Assembly: GCA_023515725.1 (NCBI GenBank)
Contig: JALDTO010000266.1
Location: 2,046,762-2,110,761 of the forward strand
Direction: 5' to 3'
Source of the DNA: Amoeboaphelidium protococcarum X5
Taxonomy: Eukaryota > Fungi > Aphelidiomycota
DNA length: 64,000 bases
Part shown: piece by piece, positions 1 to 13,479 of the stretch
How the letters are laid out: the number at the start of each line of letters is the position of its first letter
Position numbering within the stretch: the stretch's first letter is position 1
Made by a program: the position numbers and the translations under genes
The notes under the pieces: generated by a model
Database searches by the model: none
Seen by the model: only the letters and a program-made list of their open reading frames with translations
What the model was told of the DNA's origin: nothing

Positions 1-153
1 CCCCCCCCCCCCCCCCAAAGGATAAGAGAAACAAGAAGAAAGGTCGCGACACTTGGCTGTTTCAAAAAGTCTCGATCAGATTGATCTTCAAAGTGAAACG
101 TGTAAAATCGAGAAACAGTCCAACGCGGCGCAGGCTTGCTAATACAATTAAAA

Positions 154-1862
154 TCACTGTATTATGGTAGTCAGTCCAGCATTATCTAGCACGCAATAAT
201 TCAGTTGACGAATACTCTTGAATGGACGTGATCCATCTGAGGTCTAAATTAACTGTACATCAGACAATGCAGTAGCAATCAAAGATGGATCTTCTACCGC
301 AGCATCAGACGCTATCAATAACAACACTCCACCCCCTACACACAAAGAGTATTATTTTAAAATGATATATTGATTACAGAAATGAAGTAAGAAACAGTAC
401 CCATAGCTCCAGAGTAAGAGCCTCCGTATATAAGTCCCACTTCAAGTAGCAGATTTACAGGATGAAGTAGTACTTGGCCATCGTGTGGTGTATCAAACTT
501 TGACTTTAATGCAATGGGATCAATCATTGATCGTAAGTTCATATAATGCAATAATAGCTTGCCCACTAACTACCAATTAGATTACTGTAAAGCATTGACG
601 ATTTGTTCGTGCACAAATATGCTCTACTCTATTGCTTCATACGCTTTGGAATTGGTAGAATCTTGAGAACCAGCTTCAATCGTTGGACCTAGAAGATATG
701 CCAAATGTCTCATATTTAATCCTCGTTGTAAACCATCGCCAGTACTTCTCTAAATCCCTGTATCAACAATAATAAGTCTCTTTGTTAAATCCGACAAGTC
801 CAAATCAATTTGTTCATGTTATATCAATTATCTGTCGATTGCATAATCTTGGTCAAAGCATACATGTCCATATTACCAGGAATTTAATCCTTGTCCATAT
901 AGAGGTGCATCAATATCTTGCCTACCACTCTTTAATCCAATAGTATTCTCAAAGAGCCAGACAATGAGACCAAACTACTAGCGATTAAGTTCACAATCTA
1001 AGTCCATCATAAACTAGAGATATTGGCGGCATTCTGGAATGTATTGCATAAATAGTCTAAGCAGAGAGTTTACCAAATTTAACGACACTGCACTAGATGA
1101 AGCGAATCCAGATCTAGAGGGTCCTTTGTTCACGATGCTGATATGCATTACGTGTTATTAAAATTGAGAATCAATGGACCCCTTTGACAAGTCGACCAGA
1201 CCAAACATTTTACCATCAAAGTATCCACAGAAATGTAATGCCTCGTATACTAACCAAAATCGATCAAATCTATCGTATTTCCTTGACTTGATGGGCTCCA
1301 AATCTTACGAAGAGATGAAAATACTTTTACACTACAGATCGGTGGATTCCATTCGGTCAGTAGATTCAATCAGTAGACCACCATCATACTCAATGCCATC
1401 ATTGATCGTGGAAGAGGAGGCTAACAGTTCAGCGGATACTTCAACAGCAAATGAGTCATCATCAAAAGCAACAGAAGCGTTTAAAGCACGGCCACCTGTA
1501 GTAGACAGCGTGCTGAACGTGTAATTATCGCTAGCATTAGCACTCGACAATGCCAGTCTCATTCCACTCCGACTGGTCACGCTATTACATTTACTGCTTT
1601 GATCACCAGAAAATTTATTATTAATTCCATCTTTTACCTCAATATTCTCAATTTCTTTATTAATAAACTAGGATAATAGATTTTTAGCATGATTAATCTC
1701 AATTCGAGTTGAACTTTGTACTGCATTAGACAACGCCTACCAATAAATGCGGTCATTAACTCCTAACCACTTGACATTATCCCAATGAGTCTTTTAACAT
1801 AACACCGGAGCTTTAGCCAGGTCCTATATGTCTAAAACATCACTAAAATCAGTCAGTGTCAT
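154..1862 (-). CDS. GHMP-family kinase (fucokinase/heptose-kinase-like), 1 intron (336-400)
   Basis: With UAR=Gln: 548 codons, ATG 1862 to TGA 154. Motifs SRSGMRLAL..D, GGRALNASV, GPSRSGFASSSAVS (PxGSGLGSSA-like ATP loop), ENTIGLKSGRQD, and C-terminal SGAMG|GGVLLL split by a 65-nt GT..TGTAG intron. Confidence 0.8.
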
Positions 1863-2111
1863 CTCCTGCAACAAATATTACTATTATCTCTTACGTGCTC
1901 AATGATAAAAGACTAACAGAGAGCAAAAGAGAAGCTCAGTTTAATGTTTCAGGCGATTTGGTCGACGCGCGTCACATTCCGATCCATGAAAATATCAATA
2001 GAATCTGGCAGTAGCAATAAAGAAGCTTTGTACTGCCACTGAATCATGTTTTGCATAAATTTTAGTCTCAGACAAGGACTTGCATTTAATATATTCACAA
2101 TATATGAAGCA

Positions 2112-3581
2112 TCAATTTCTTATTGTAATTTCAACTTCAATAAACTGACCATCGCCCAATGTTTGATTATCGCTAATGACCACAGTGACGCTTCTAACAG
2201 ACGCACCAACCAACTCGGCGACTGACTTCTCCAGATTAGGACGCGTACTTTCCTCTAGGAATGAAGGGGAGCTCAAGTACAAATTAATGCTCTTACCATC
2301 GGCCGTGACTGCCGTGTAAGATGGTCTCTTCAGCTTCACCAGTCTCACCTGAAAGATCAAATCTTTGAGTTGATCAATCAATTCATGTAATTTCAACCGC
2401 CCATTTGAGTAATCAGACTCATCGAATTTTAAACTTAATGGCTATTATATACCGCTTAGCATTACTTTAGATGCTTATTCGGAACAAACTGGACAATCAT
2501 CAAGCTATTCGTACCTCAACGCCAAACTGTATATACCTTAATCAATGGAATCCCCAATAGTTAGCACAAAATCATTAACATCTGGCACGAATCTGCTACT
2601 AGTGTCCATATCATCTTCTTTCAACGTGGACAAGGCCAGTGGACTTGCGACTCCAGTTATAATTTTCAAAGCTTCATTAACGACAGCAGCTCCAATGTAA
2701 GCGTTCGTTCCCGCAATTGCAGGTACAATATTCTTTAATACAGCCATGCATAGCTGATACGTGACACCAGGAATCTGAAATACGCTAGCCCTTTCAGCCG
2801 CTGTGTCATATATCCATTTCATATGCGCAGGATTATCAGTGTCGAAGAGCACGCTTGCACCGAACGGACTCTCCTTCTCCCACCGGATCACACTGGCCCA
2901 CTCAATACAATGCTCCGGTAGACGTGGCGTATTGGCTATTGTACAGATTGGAAATGCCTTACGCTCCGTGTTGTTCATAGCAAGTGTACACTCATAGCAA
3001 GCTGTCATACCAGGCAATATGACTCTAATCTAGCCTTTGAGACCTTCCGTGCCACCATCAATCAATGGAATCATACTAACATCCGACTCGAAATCCACTT
3101 ATTCTATATCTTCATTCTTCTAGTTTAAAGAGCTAAAGTATATCTGATGGATAGTCCTGTTAATCCAACGCCTGGCTTCAATACTATCCAGTCCGCACAT
3201 GATCAGAGCGAATTAAGAATACCATGATACTGCAAAATCTTCTATGCGGCAATTATGGGCGCGTATTTCCAAATCCTTCATGTGGGAGTAACGTTACTTT
3301 ATAAACTTGGCTGCAGTCTCAGCTTTACTCTTACCAATGTCCTGCTTCCGAAACAGGAACTGCCTGTTCAGATTACTAACATCAATGGTGTCCATGTCTA
3401 TAATATCAATCTATCTGAAGCCCATAAGAGGAGCAGATTTCAACATTTCACATCCAATACCACCAGCACCAATAATCAGAACTCGAGAACTCTTTACTAT
3501 ATCAGCATATGGTACATCCTGCAGTGGTTCAAAGTTGGCCCATTACGATCTCCTTTAATACAATTATTCTAAAGTAAGCAT
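2112..3581 (-). CDS. UBA3: NEDD8-activating enzyme E1 catalytic subunit
   Basis: 490 codons, no intron. [48 protein letters not shown][TAG=Q][34 protein letters not shown]. Confidence 0.95.
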
Positions 3582-4038
3582 TATTATGACAATTATTATT
3601 TTATTATTGATGAGCAAGTAAGAAGAGATATAATTAATCTGCTTAATAAATGGTGTGTAATAAATCTTATTAGGTTAATGTGTGTGCTCTGGCTTAATAA
3701 CTCCTTTGAGATAATAGCCGAAAAGCATATGCGTGGCGTCTATGTGTGTAATTGATGCGTGTATTCGAACGTGCAGGACGCAGTAGCCAAATGAATATCG
3801 GTACTGTGAATGTGCTCGCTTCTCTTTGCCCCTTACGAGCTGCTGAGAAATTCTCGTCGCTTTATTCGATCATTAAATTATTGCGACGAGCTGTAAGGCG
3901 AGTCGCTTTCTATTGTCTAGGTACGAATTTTAATCGCATTCCATTCTCTCACCTGGCTTCTGGTAAATCTGACACCAATACCTGACTGCATCAGAATACA
4001 TAAACTAAGTATCTCGACGTCACAATCTTTAAAAGTAT

Positions 4039-5061
4039 ATGAAGTAGAATATTCCGCCGGTCGGAAAGACTGAGGAGATGGACAGCTCTAACAGATAAAT
4101 TAGAGTGTACTGTGACGGTATTTATGACTTGTTTCATTATGGACATGCTAGACAGCTGCGATAAGCCAAGATGGCATTCAAAGAATATGATTTGTCTGGT
4201 ATTAATCCAGTGTATCACCCTCTATTTGAGTAGAATGAAGATCGCGACGTGTATCTGATTGTGGGTGTGTGCTCAGACGCTGATACACTTCTGCACAAGG
4301 GCAGGACTGTTATGAATCATGAAGAGAGAGCAGAGTCTCTGAGGCACTGCAGGTATGTTGACGAAGTGGTTGAGAATGCTCCATGGGTAATCAATTAGGA
4401 GTTTATTGATCTGCATCGAATCGATTTCGTCGCTCATGATGATCTTCCTTATACTTCTGCCACACATGATGATGTCTATGCTTTTGTGAAGGAGAGCAAT
4501 AAATTCTTACCTACTTAGAGAACTGAAGGCATCTCCACCAGTGATCTCATTACGCGTATAGTCAAAGACTACGATGTGTATGTGAGACGTAACTTGGCCC
4601 GGGGTATTGACAGGAAGGAACTTGGACTTAGCTCGCTAGGCGTCCAAGGTGTTAAGCTGTGGGGTCTATACCGTGAAGCGGAAGATATTGTAAAAAAGAA
4701 TTGGACCAGTACTAAAGATGAAGTGTTTCCTAAGCATGCTGATGGATCCAGAGATTTAATCAATGGCTTCTTGCACATGTTTGACATTCTCGGTCGTGAC
4801 CGTAGTATTAGCAACACCAAAAGACGTCAGAGCAGTAGTGGTGGAGGCGTTGTAGGATTTTTAAGTCGTGCAGTTAGCCCAGCCTTTGTCGATGGTGATG
4901 AAGACTTGCTACGCCAAACTAGTAATGATCAGGACTATACCGCTACACGCTTACCTGGTATTGTCAATGGCAAGAATGTTATGGATGACAAAGCAGATGA
5001 TGGTACTGACATGGATGCGAAAGTGGTCAAGAAGAAGCCTAAACGGAGTAGAAACAATTGA
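4039..5061 (+). CDS. PCT1: Choline-phosphate cytidylyltransferase
   Basis: [18 protein letters not shown] (HxGH), [28 protein letters not shown][TAG=Q][19 protein letters not shown]; TGA at 5059-5061. Start codon slightly uncertain. Confidence 0.93.
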
Positions 5062-5068
5062 ATTTTTA

Positions 5069-5946
5069 TCATAGCTTTTACATGGCATATCTCAATTTTG
5101 GTGGTAAATCTATACTTTTCAACACTTCGGCCAGCGATGGAAGCGCCTATCGATGACTATCAACGTCCTCGACAGGACTTGGCAAGGATGGAGTTGACGC
5201 GATGGACAATCTCCTCTTTTTTAGAGGTAGCGACTCATCGTTATGGCTTGACCGCTCATTAGAATGAGACGACGGAGTCTCGTCTGAACGACTTCTTGTC
5301 AACGGTTGACTTCCAAGGGATAGCGATGATTGTTATGTGGACACATTCTAAAGTTCACGCGATAGTTACACGTTAGCTAGATGCTGATCTTCACAAGGAC
5401 GTGGGAACCTCGGACTATCAATATCTTCAACTGAGCAGTAAGCCACCAGATTGTAAGATGCACCATTGACCATTATGGACAGCGTTTTCTTTATAAGACC
5501 ATTCTCTTTCAAATAGAATACTCCTTTCTAGCTAGCAAACACGCCAGTATTCTGCGAATGCTCAGATTTAGTTAGCCTGATGGTGGAGTTGAAATGCAAA
5601 TCAGTGGGCGTGCATTATCGCTTCTCCTCAGCCTCTTTGTAGATCAGGAATGGTCCTACACATGCATAAAACATGATAATATCGATATTTAACAAAGATA
5701 ATAATAGAAAATTCACTTACCCGCAATTCTAGAAGGACTCCATAGCTTTCCATCAGTCCATCGCATAATCTTTGACTCATGCTTGTTGTATACGAACACA
5801 TCGCCAGAGGATATCTGCGATCGCTGCAAAGCTGTCAATCGCCATGAAACAACGGGGATCGTCCGGTCGATCGCTGCTTGTATGAGAATGGCTGCATCAT
5901 TGGCATCCTGAACGCGGCCTTTATATGTCTAGAAATTGCTATGCAT
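5069..5946 (-). CDS. Gti1/Pac2 (WOPR) family transcription factor, 1 intron (5656-5720)
   Basis: 271 codons. TYKGRVQDANDAAIL, ISSGDVFVY, IMRWTDGKLWSPSRIAG|PFLIYKE, GLIKKTLSI...YNLVAY are the two WOPR boxes. Confidence 0.9.
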
Positions 5947-6581
5947 CAGATATGTCTTTAGATTAATTGCAGTAAATCTAGCGGTGAAGAAACGGGGGTA
6001 TGAGAGTTAATTTATGCTTTTTGGAAACTGTGTGTAGGCCATGTTGATCCGCGATCGGTGCCGTTGTCAATTCACAAACTGCGGAGTGAAACGCGGGGCT
6101 TTACTGAGTAAGATATTTGATTGATGGAGTTGATCATATAAAGAGGAGATCGTGCGACAAAAGGTCTGTAATACCTCTGCTTCTACAGATAGAGTGTTTC
6201 GTGAATAGTGCTCATCGTCAGTCATAAGAAGTTTGGAGATTCTGTGGCTTATGTCATATACATCGCGGAGTATTCGGGAAAATGCTATTTGGATTATTTT
6301 GGAAGTGATTTCAGCTATGAGTTAATGATGAAAACTCCATCATTGCACGGAAGCTTAAAGATCTGCAATGATTTTCCATTGTATGAAGATCTATGTCTTT
6401 AGTGTTAATAAAGATCCAATCAAAAACTGCTCTCATTCAAATCATCGAATTCCGGAGCTATTTAGCACACCGTCCAAAGTAGAGTGCGGTATGAACTTTT
6501 TTATATTGTATGTCTTCTGGACATATAAGCGATTTTTAGTACAATCAGCTGCAAATTTAATATTTTCATAGAGCAAAAGTT

Positions 6582-7493
6582 ATGAATTCACCATAGTATG
6601 AGTGGATGACATGGGTGTCTGCTGCTCTTATATTCGTTGTGGTGTGCAATTTTACGCGCTTTGGTATCATGCGCCAGAAATAAAAGTAGTCTGGATAACC
6701 ACCGACTTCATAGCAGAATCATTAGGATCAATCAGTTGTTGTTATTCACTTACTGTATAGTGTATGCATGTTAACTGGTGGGTTGTATCACGCATCTGCA
6801 AAGTCTGCTATCGTCTATTAAACCGCGTATTTGGTATCATTTTCTTTGGCATATGGATGTTTACTGAATTACATTGTATTGCGATCTAGATAATTTATTG
6901 ATGGCTCCAAACTCGAATGTCTTTACGATAGAAATTTGGACTTGATGCCTATTATCGCATCTATTTGGATCTTGTTTGGCATTTTGAAGGATCTATATCG
7001 AGATAAAGTATATCTTTTCGCGATATCATGTCTTTCGATGGCATTAGCTTGCTTATTTATAGGTAATGTGTACCTTATTCTTCTGGTTTAGATAAACGGC
7101 TGCATGCACTCTGCTTAGCTTTCGATGTCATAATAATCACTTGTTAAGCAAGTGGACCACAGATGCGCTTAGTATATACGCGCCATCCTTAGTACAACCG
7201 TTATTGCTATCATCAGTGCTATGTTGGTTGAGATCAATCTTCCTCTAGCTGCATCCTGCGCGTGTCTGATCATATCTAATCTCTCCTTTATTTCAAGTTC
7301 GATCTTAATTGTCATGATGGAATAGCAGACACCCGATCAAGTGATAATTCATGGTAAAACAATGACCGACTATTCTGCAGTCATGTCAACTAACCAAGTC
7401 GCGTCTAATACTATCTCAGAGCCCACAAGTACTCCCGCTGGAACTTCTACATTGATAAGACCGAAAGTAGCGTAAAATGATGAAGTAGTTTGA
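6582..7493 (+). CDS. Orphan polytopic membrane protein with about 7 hydrophobic helices (GPCR-like topology)
   Basis: 304 codons, ATG to TGA, invisible in the standard code. Seven ~20-aa hydrophobic segments and an S/T-rich C-terminal tail. Confidence 0.7.
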
Positions 7494-7572
7494 TATTGAA
7501 TAAAAAGTTTATACTGATGCCACATTTCCAATATATCATTAATTCATACGCTTTTAGAATACACTTAAGCAA

Positions 7573-9586
7573 TCAACCGCGATGAGCAGTCCACGACGAC
7601 GGCATATTACTGGTGGATAATGAAGAGCTAGTAGACTAAGTATTTCCGAATATACTTGGCTTGCTTTGAGCTGCAGCTCCAAAAATACTTCCTCCACCTT
7701 GACCAGTTGAAGTCTACTGCGTACTAAAGCCACCGAAACCGCCGGTCTGTTAAGTTTAACTGTTATTCCCCCCACCGGCGGTAGAAAAGGCAGATTGACC
7801 AAACACTCCGACATTTTACTACGGCGAAGCAACAGAGCCAAACTTTGGTAGATTAGAAGCCATCTGGCTAAAGGCAGTTTAACCGAATGAACTTTACTAC
7901 TGATTTAATTACTGGCTCTACTAAGTAGCAAATGATGGTTACCCAAATCCTGAAGTACTGAAAGCAGACTACCCAAATGGCGGAGAAGCAGGCGTCTGAA
8001 ATGGACTTTATCCAAATGCAGGTGTACCAAACGGTGGAGCGCCAACCTATGAAGTTTTCTACTACTGCTGACTATCACCAAAGGGAGTAATAGCAAAGGC
8101 AGTAGTAGCAGTTGTATTATTCTAGCTCTGCGATTATTACTCGGTACCAAAGGCAAAAGCAGACGGCTTCTATGGTGTTTAAAACGGAGTGCCAAAAGAT
8201 TGATTAAAGGTTGACGCACCAAAGTTCACGGGTGATTAATTGGCTTGAAAAGTCGCCACTTGTTATGGCTCTTCTGCATCAGACATCAAATTATCGTCAT
8301 CTTATGCCACTGCTTACTCGTTCTTCGAAGGTGTTACTTCTATGGAATCAACAACAACAGATTCGTTCACATTCTCATCGGCATTCTAACTTCCATCAGC
8401 ATCCATAGACTCTTAGAATCCACCAAAAGAGAATGTTTACTGTTCAGGTTGCTCATCTTGAACCTATGGCACTTCTCCCTCCTTAGATGAGCTAATTTAT
8501 TAGGCATCTTGCTCTTATGCCGCAGTTGACTCCACGGCCTGGGTCAAAGTCTCCTGCTCACTTTCGCTCTGAGGCTTATCAGCACCCTGTACTTCTTCAC
8601 CCTTAGAATCTACATCCTGGCCTACTTCTGACGATATTTCAGACTTCTCTGAGTCTCTACTCTCATCTTCATCTGTATCACCATTTTCTTCCGATGATGC
8701 CACCTCAGGAGCATTCAACTTAATATCCTCTTTCTTGGTAGGTGATTACAGCGCAGAAGTTGAACTACCAAAACTAAACAGAGACGGCGTATTGGATACT
8801 TTAGGCTTTTCTGCTTATGCAAATGATTGGCCAAAGGAAAATAGAGGCTTATCAGGAACTGCAGGATGCTATTGTTACTCTTCCTTTTGCTTACTACCAA
8901 AAAAACTAAATGGTGACTTTACTGCGGGTAAAGGACTAGGAGAAGCTGCAACCTCTTTAGCAAAGTCAGAAGACTTGGTCGACGAGCCAAAGGCGCTAAA
9001 CAAACTCTAAGCTACTGGTTTTACCGGAGAAGCAGCAATGGAATCCTCCTCCTTCACAGAAGCTTTTTAACTATCCACGTTTGATAATGGAGGCAACTAT
9101 TTTGACTGGTCAAATGACGGCACAAAGCTTGGCAAATGCTTAGATGCTACAGCTCTATCCACCTTGTCACTTTTACGATCATTCTCAACCTCTGCCACCT
9201 TTGCGAAGACTGGCTTCTCTCTTAACTTGCGCAGTAACTCAAGTCGACATCTAATATTCTAAAGACTCTGCACAGGCTGAAGGTGATCAAAATTAATCTC
9301 ACTTGGTTAAAATTCCCCACATTAAGCTTGTTTCCGCAATCTAGAAAAATCAGCTTTTGGCTTTGAGCCAGAAGTAGACTCTTGCTAGTCAACATCCAAC
9401 AAATTAGATGGTAACTTTAAATCTTTATCTTCCAAATTTAATCCCTTCATACAAGTATCAATCTGGCTCTGTAATTTTGAAATGGCGTCAGTCTTGGCAG
9501 CAGCAGAAACACTCAAACTCTTGATAGTCTATAGAATTACCTGTGTAGATTCGTTGCCATTCTAAGCATTTTCCTTCTCATAACTC

Positions 9587-9620
<34 letters not shown>

Positions 9621-11295
9621 TAAGCTCTAGCTTTTGACTCTTTATCAAGGACAATACAGATTTTAACTGCTCAATTTTAGTCTTGACATCTTCAACTTCT
9701 TTCAAAACTTTATCGTGGATTGAAGATTACTCAGGGCTCAAGCTGATCTCATGAGCAAACTTGGTGAATCTATTCTACGCTACAGAGTGCTTCAATTGCT
9801 GTTCAATATAATCCACTCTTAACTAGCACAATATCATTTCCTCCTTCAAAGATTGCAGTGGATCTTCATATTGCTAAATCTCGTCTTAGAGTTGCTTTTA
9901 ATACTACAATCTTCGCTGACAGTCCTTATCTTAATCGGATAATCTCTTCTTAAAGTCTTGGCTACAAACTTCTTCAGTATTCTTCAAACTCTGATCAAGC
10001 TGAGACTTCAAACTACTCAAACCATTCTTTATCATGACAGCCGTGTAGTTGATAGGCTCAATAAACTCGACTGGGCCATTAACTACCACTTTGACAAACT
10101 CGCTATTCTACACTTAAGTAACACCAGACGAAGCGGCACTCTTCTAAATCTTATATTACGACTTTGCATAGTGATCACCAGCATCAGGCAAAGTCATGTC
10201 AGTATTTTGACAAACTACCTTGTAAGCAAGCAGGACATTAGTTTCAGTAAGAACATATACAATAGGAAGCTTGCGCCAACTGACAATCTCCACATCTTCC
10301 AGCTCTTCTTCGCTCCATTCCAGATTACCATCACCCTTTGGAGGCAGTAGCACCGCAACAGCCAGACATGACACGTCAATAACTTCATCAGTGACAGGCA
10401 TCTCAATCCTAGCAGTCTCATCTAAATCGATCAATTTCAGTTCTCCACTATGAAGATCATTCAATATGACAGGCACATCATTACTTCCTGTAAATCCACA
10501 AAATAATAGTGATACATCTTCATTTAAGCACAAACTCTGGACATGAGACTCCATAGGATTAGTCAAGTCTGGATGCGCCCAATACAAATCTTCTCCAATC
10601 TCGGTGAATGTCAACTCTTTTGTGGAGTACAGCCCAAATTTCAACTCTAACTCTCTATCATTCTGAAAATACGAGAGCAAGTAACCATTAGCCGTCTGGA
10701 TTATATTCTCCACATGGAAGCACTGCAGAATCTCACCATAATCTTCTTTCAACTAGCACTTTCCATCTGTAATTTGATACTCTTTCAATTCATTATTAAC
10801 TGTCATCAATGCAAGGATTGACTATTTGATGCGCACGGTCCACTTCACGACCTTATCATCAATCCCCTTCAACGGCTGCAACTCTAATGACTTTGATACG
10901 TATAAAAACTCTTTAGCAGTACAAATGACTATCAAGGTAGACACGGAGAAGACTTCTTATATACCACGAACTGCATGTTTAACCTTCAACTCTAGAGATG
11001 CAGAAGAGTATAGGAATAGTTCTTTCTCGGTCCATACGATGAGCAAATCAAGATCATCACAAAACTAACAAGCAGCATTGGCGTGTAGAAGCTCAATGGA
11101 TTTCTCATCCGACAACACTGGGTCTTCCTCAGCTCCTACTGATTCAAGAGGCTACAATACAACAGATTCCATCTAGCATACAGCCAGCAGGCCATACTTG
11201 TTACTCACACCCAGTATAGAATCAGACTATCGAGATTGTGAGAGAGGAACTTCACATTGACCACACTGTATTAATTTCAGCTCTATATCTGCCAT
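7573..11295 (-). CDS. NUP159: FG-nucleoporin Nup159/Nup214
   Basis: 1241 codons, no intron. N-terminal propeller (LGVSNKYGLL), central coiled coil, and many SxFG/PFG repeats at 7600-9000. Confidence 0.85.
9587..9620. repeat. (TCA/GAT)n trinucleotide microsatellite, poly-Asp within Nup159
   Basis: About 11 copies of tca, in frame as GAT on the minus strand. Confidence 0.85.
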
Positions 11296-11665
11296 TTACA
11301 CTTGACCTTAATCTTGTGATTACAAAGTAGAATTAGATTTAAAATCAGAGAGCGAGATAGAGAGAGAGAGAGAGAAAACTTGAATGAGAGAAAGAAAAGA
11401 AGGACAAAGTTTCGAAAGTGAGCTGAAGAACGGGAGCGAAAGCGCGTCAACTAGCAGTGAAGAGAAAGGTAGAGAGAGCGTTCGTACCAGCAATTATAAA
11501 AACACATGAAGCGCGTTTCAACTTGAGTCAATTTGCTTTGGTGTGAAGATTAAAACATAAGCTCACTATACAAATATAAGCATTCAATAATTGCAATTTG
11601 ATTACATTCAATTTCATAGAGTATTTTAGCATAATGGCTCATGCATCATTCGAACATTGATTTAG

Positions 11666-13400
11666 TCAGCATGTGGCGAATACTATACACACAGTCAGAT
11701 TATCAAGTAAAATAATCTGCACCGACAAGCAACATTCTTGGCGGAACCAGGTTTCCACCGTGTGATTAGACACGCGAGTAACACTGTCTATGTCTCCATC
11801 TACATACAAAAGATGAGATATCTCGTGTCTGACTTGCAGTACATTATCAGCCAGATAATCTTGCAGAAACTCAACCTTGGATAGCTAGTTGCTCTAATAA
11901 CCGGTGGTGTCATATACGGCTGTGAAAATCACAGTCTACAATCTTGATTCCAAACAAGCAACAAAACCGACATCTGATGCCGTCAATATATTAGCCACTC
12001 GATCGTCTTACAAATCAGACGCTTTCGGTGCTGCTTTTAGATAGAACATTGGTAAGCTGACGCGTTACTTCTTTCGTATCACCAGAATTTACTCATCATC
12101 ACCCAGTTCAGGGAGTTGAAAGGCTTCAGTAGCATTTTATAGGCCAAGTTGAGGAATATTCGTGAATGAAGCAGCTTCCTTGACTGGAGTTGGTAAACTG
12201 ACGCACTCACTTTATCTAACGTTGCCAGTATTGGTGACTTTTCTTGATGGAATTTAACATTTTTGAATCAAAGTCATCAGGTACTGCTCCATCAGTCTTT
12301 CATCCATCTACTCAGATGCCAAAGATTTCAAAGATATAGAAGAGTTATCATTGACCAATTCACCCAAACCATTTCTTGCCAGTCTTGCTGTCTCTTCGCG
12401 ATATTTTCTATCAGCACCCTTGTCCCGGAATACCTTGACGGAACATTGACTAGACTCATAATACGTTGACGTATAGGAGACAATATTCAAAGTACATATA
12501 ACACCACGAACTCCCTTGTTTGAGCTAAAATCAGTACTCAGAAAGTTGAATTTGACATATGCCTCACACTTGGCACTCCACTCAACAATGATGAATCTTG
12601 AGGACTATTTAGGTATGACTTGTTATGGATCGCCACGTCCGCTATCATCTTGATCGCCTTGAAACTGATTTTTCAGATCAAACTGAATTAAACGCGACGT
12701 TGACTCGCTTTGTTTCAACTCCATTTCAATTGGCTCAAACGTCTAATCTTCACCTACATAAAGAGATTTCACCAATTTTGATGAGTTTATATCGTGTCAT
12801 ACTATAATTCAGATGTACAAAAATCTTACAGTTCTAGGCACATATGGTCCATGCCTCTTGGGAGTCAAGTGGCTCTTTCTCTGCCACATCAACATAGATC
12901 AATGAACGCACCTTTTCATTCCCAGCACCGCCATTATCTATCAAAGTGATAGGCACAGACTAGCCTTTATTGGCATAGATAAGCTAACCTTGAATTACGT
13001 TAACTTCACTGGCACGCGACGGGAACGCTTACTACACGTGCACCTCCGTTTTGAAACGGTCTGCACCCCCGCGTCTTCCAGAGCCTGGTGGAGTGAACAG
13101 TAGCATACTTGTAGGGTTTTAGAGTCTAAACTGATCTACTACTTGCTATTATTAGGTAGAAGCGTATCTAGGATTCCCGGCTGGGACAATGTAATTCGAT
13201 TTCAAGGAGGCGGTGCTTCGATCTGTCAGAGTTTCCATTTTGAGCCATTGTTGTTCCCCAATTGGATCTGCATCGTGGCGCTCATCTTTGCTATTGGGCG
13301 CCATTGTCTCTATCTATACGCGCCACAACTGCGATAATGGTATAGGGATCAATAAAGAGAGATGTTGATCATCTCCGAGGTGACTGATTGAAATATGCAT
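11666..13400 (-). CDS. CP2/Grainyhead (LSF/GRH) family transcription factor, 1 intron (12754-12829)
   Basis: 553 codons. FNFLSTDFSSNKGVRGV and CSVKVFRDKGADRK are CP2 DNA-binding domain signatures. Alternative start at about 13304. Confidence 0.85.
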
Positions 13401-13479
13401 TAAAACCGGTTTGGTTGATCAATTAGAGAAAGTCTATTTACTAACTCTAATTACATTTTTGTATTCATAAAATACTTCA

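Noticed and set aside
1-16. Poly-C run as a telomere or G-quadruplex feature
   Set aside because: It is a homopolymer truncated at the window edge with no repeat unit, so it cannot be interpreted.
1174-1524. Supplied plus-strand ORF, and similar ORFs such as 3255-3572, 18030-18458, 25980-26360, 41928-42344, 57186-57431 and 57618-57947
   Set aside because: These are antisense or off-frame shadows of real genes, or promoter DNA, with no motifs.
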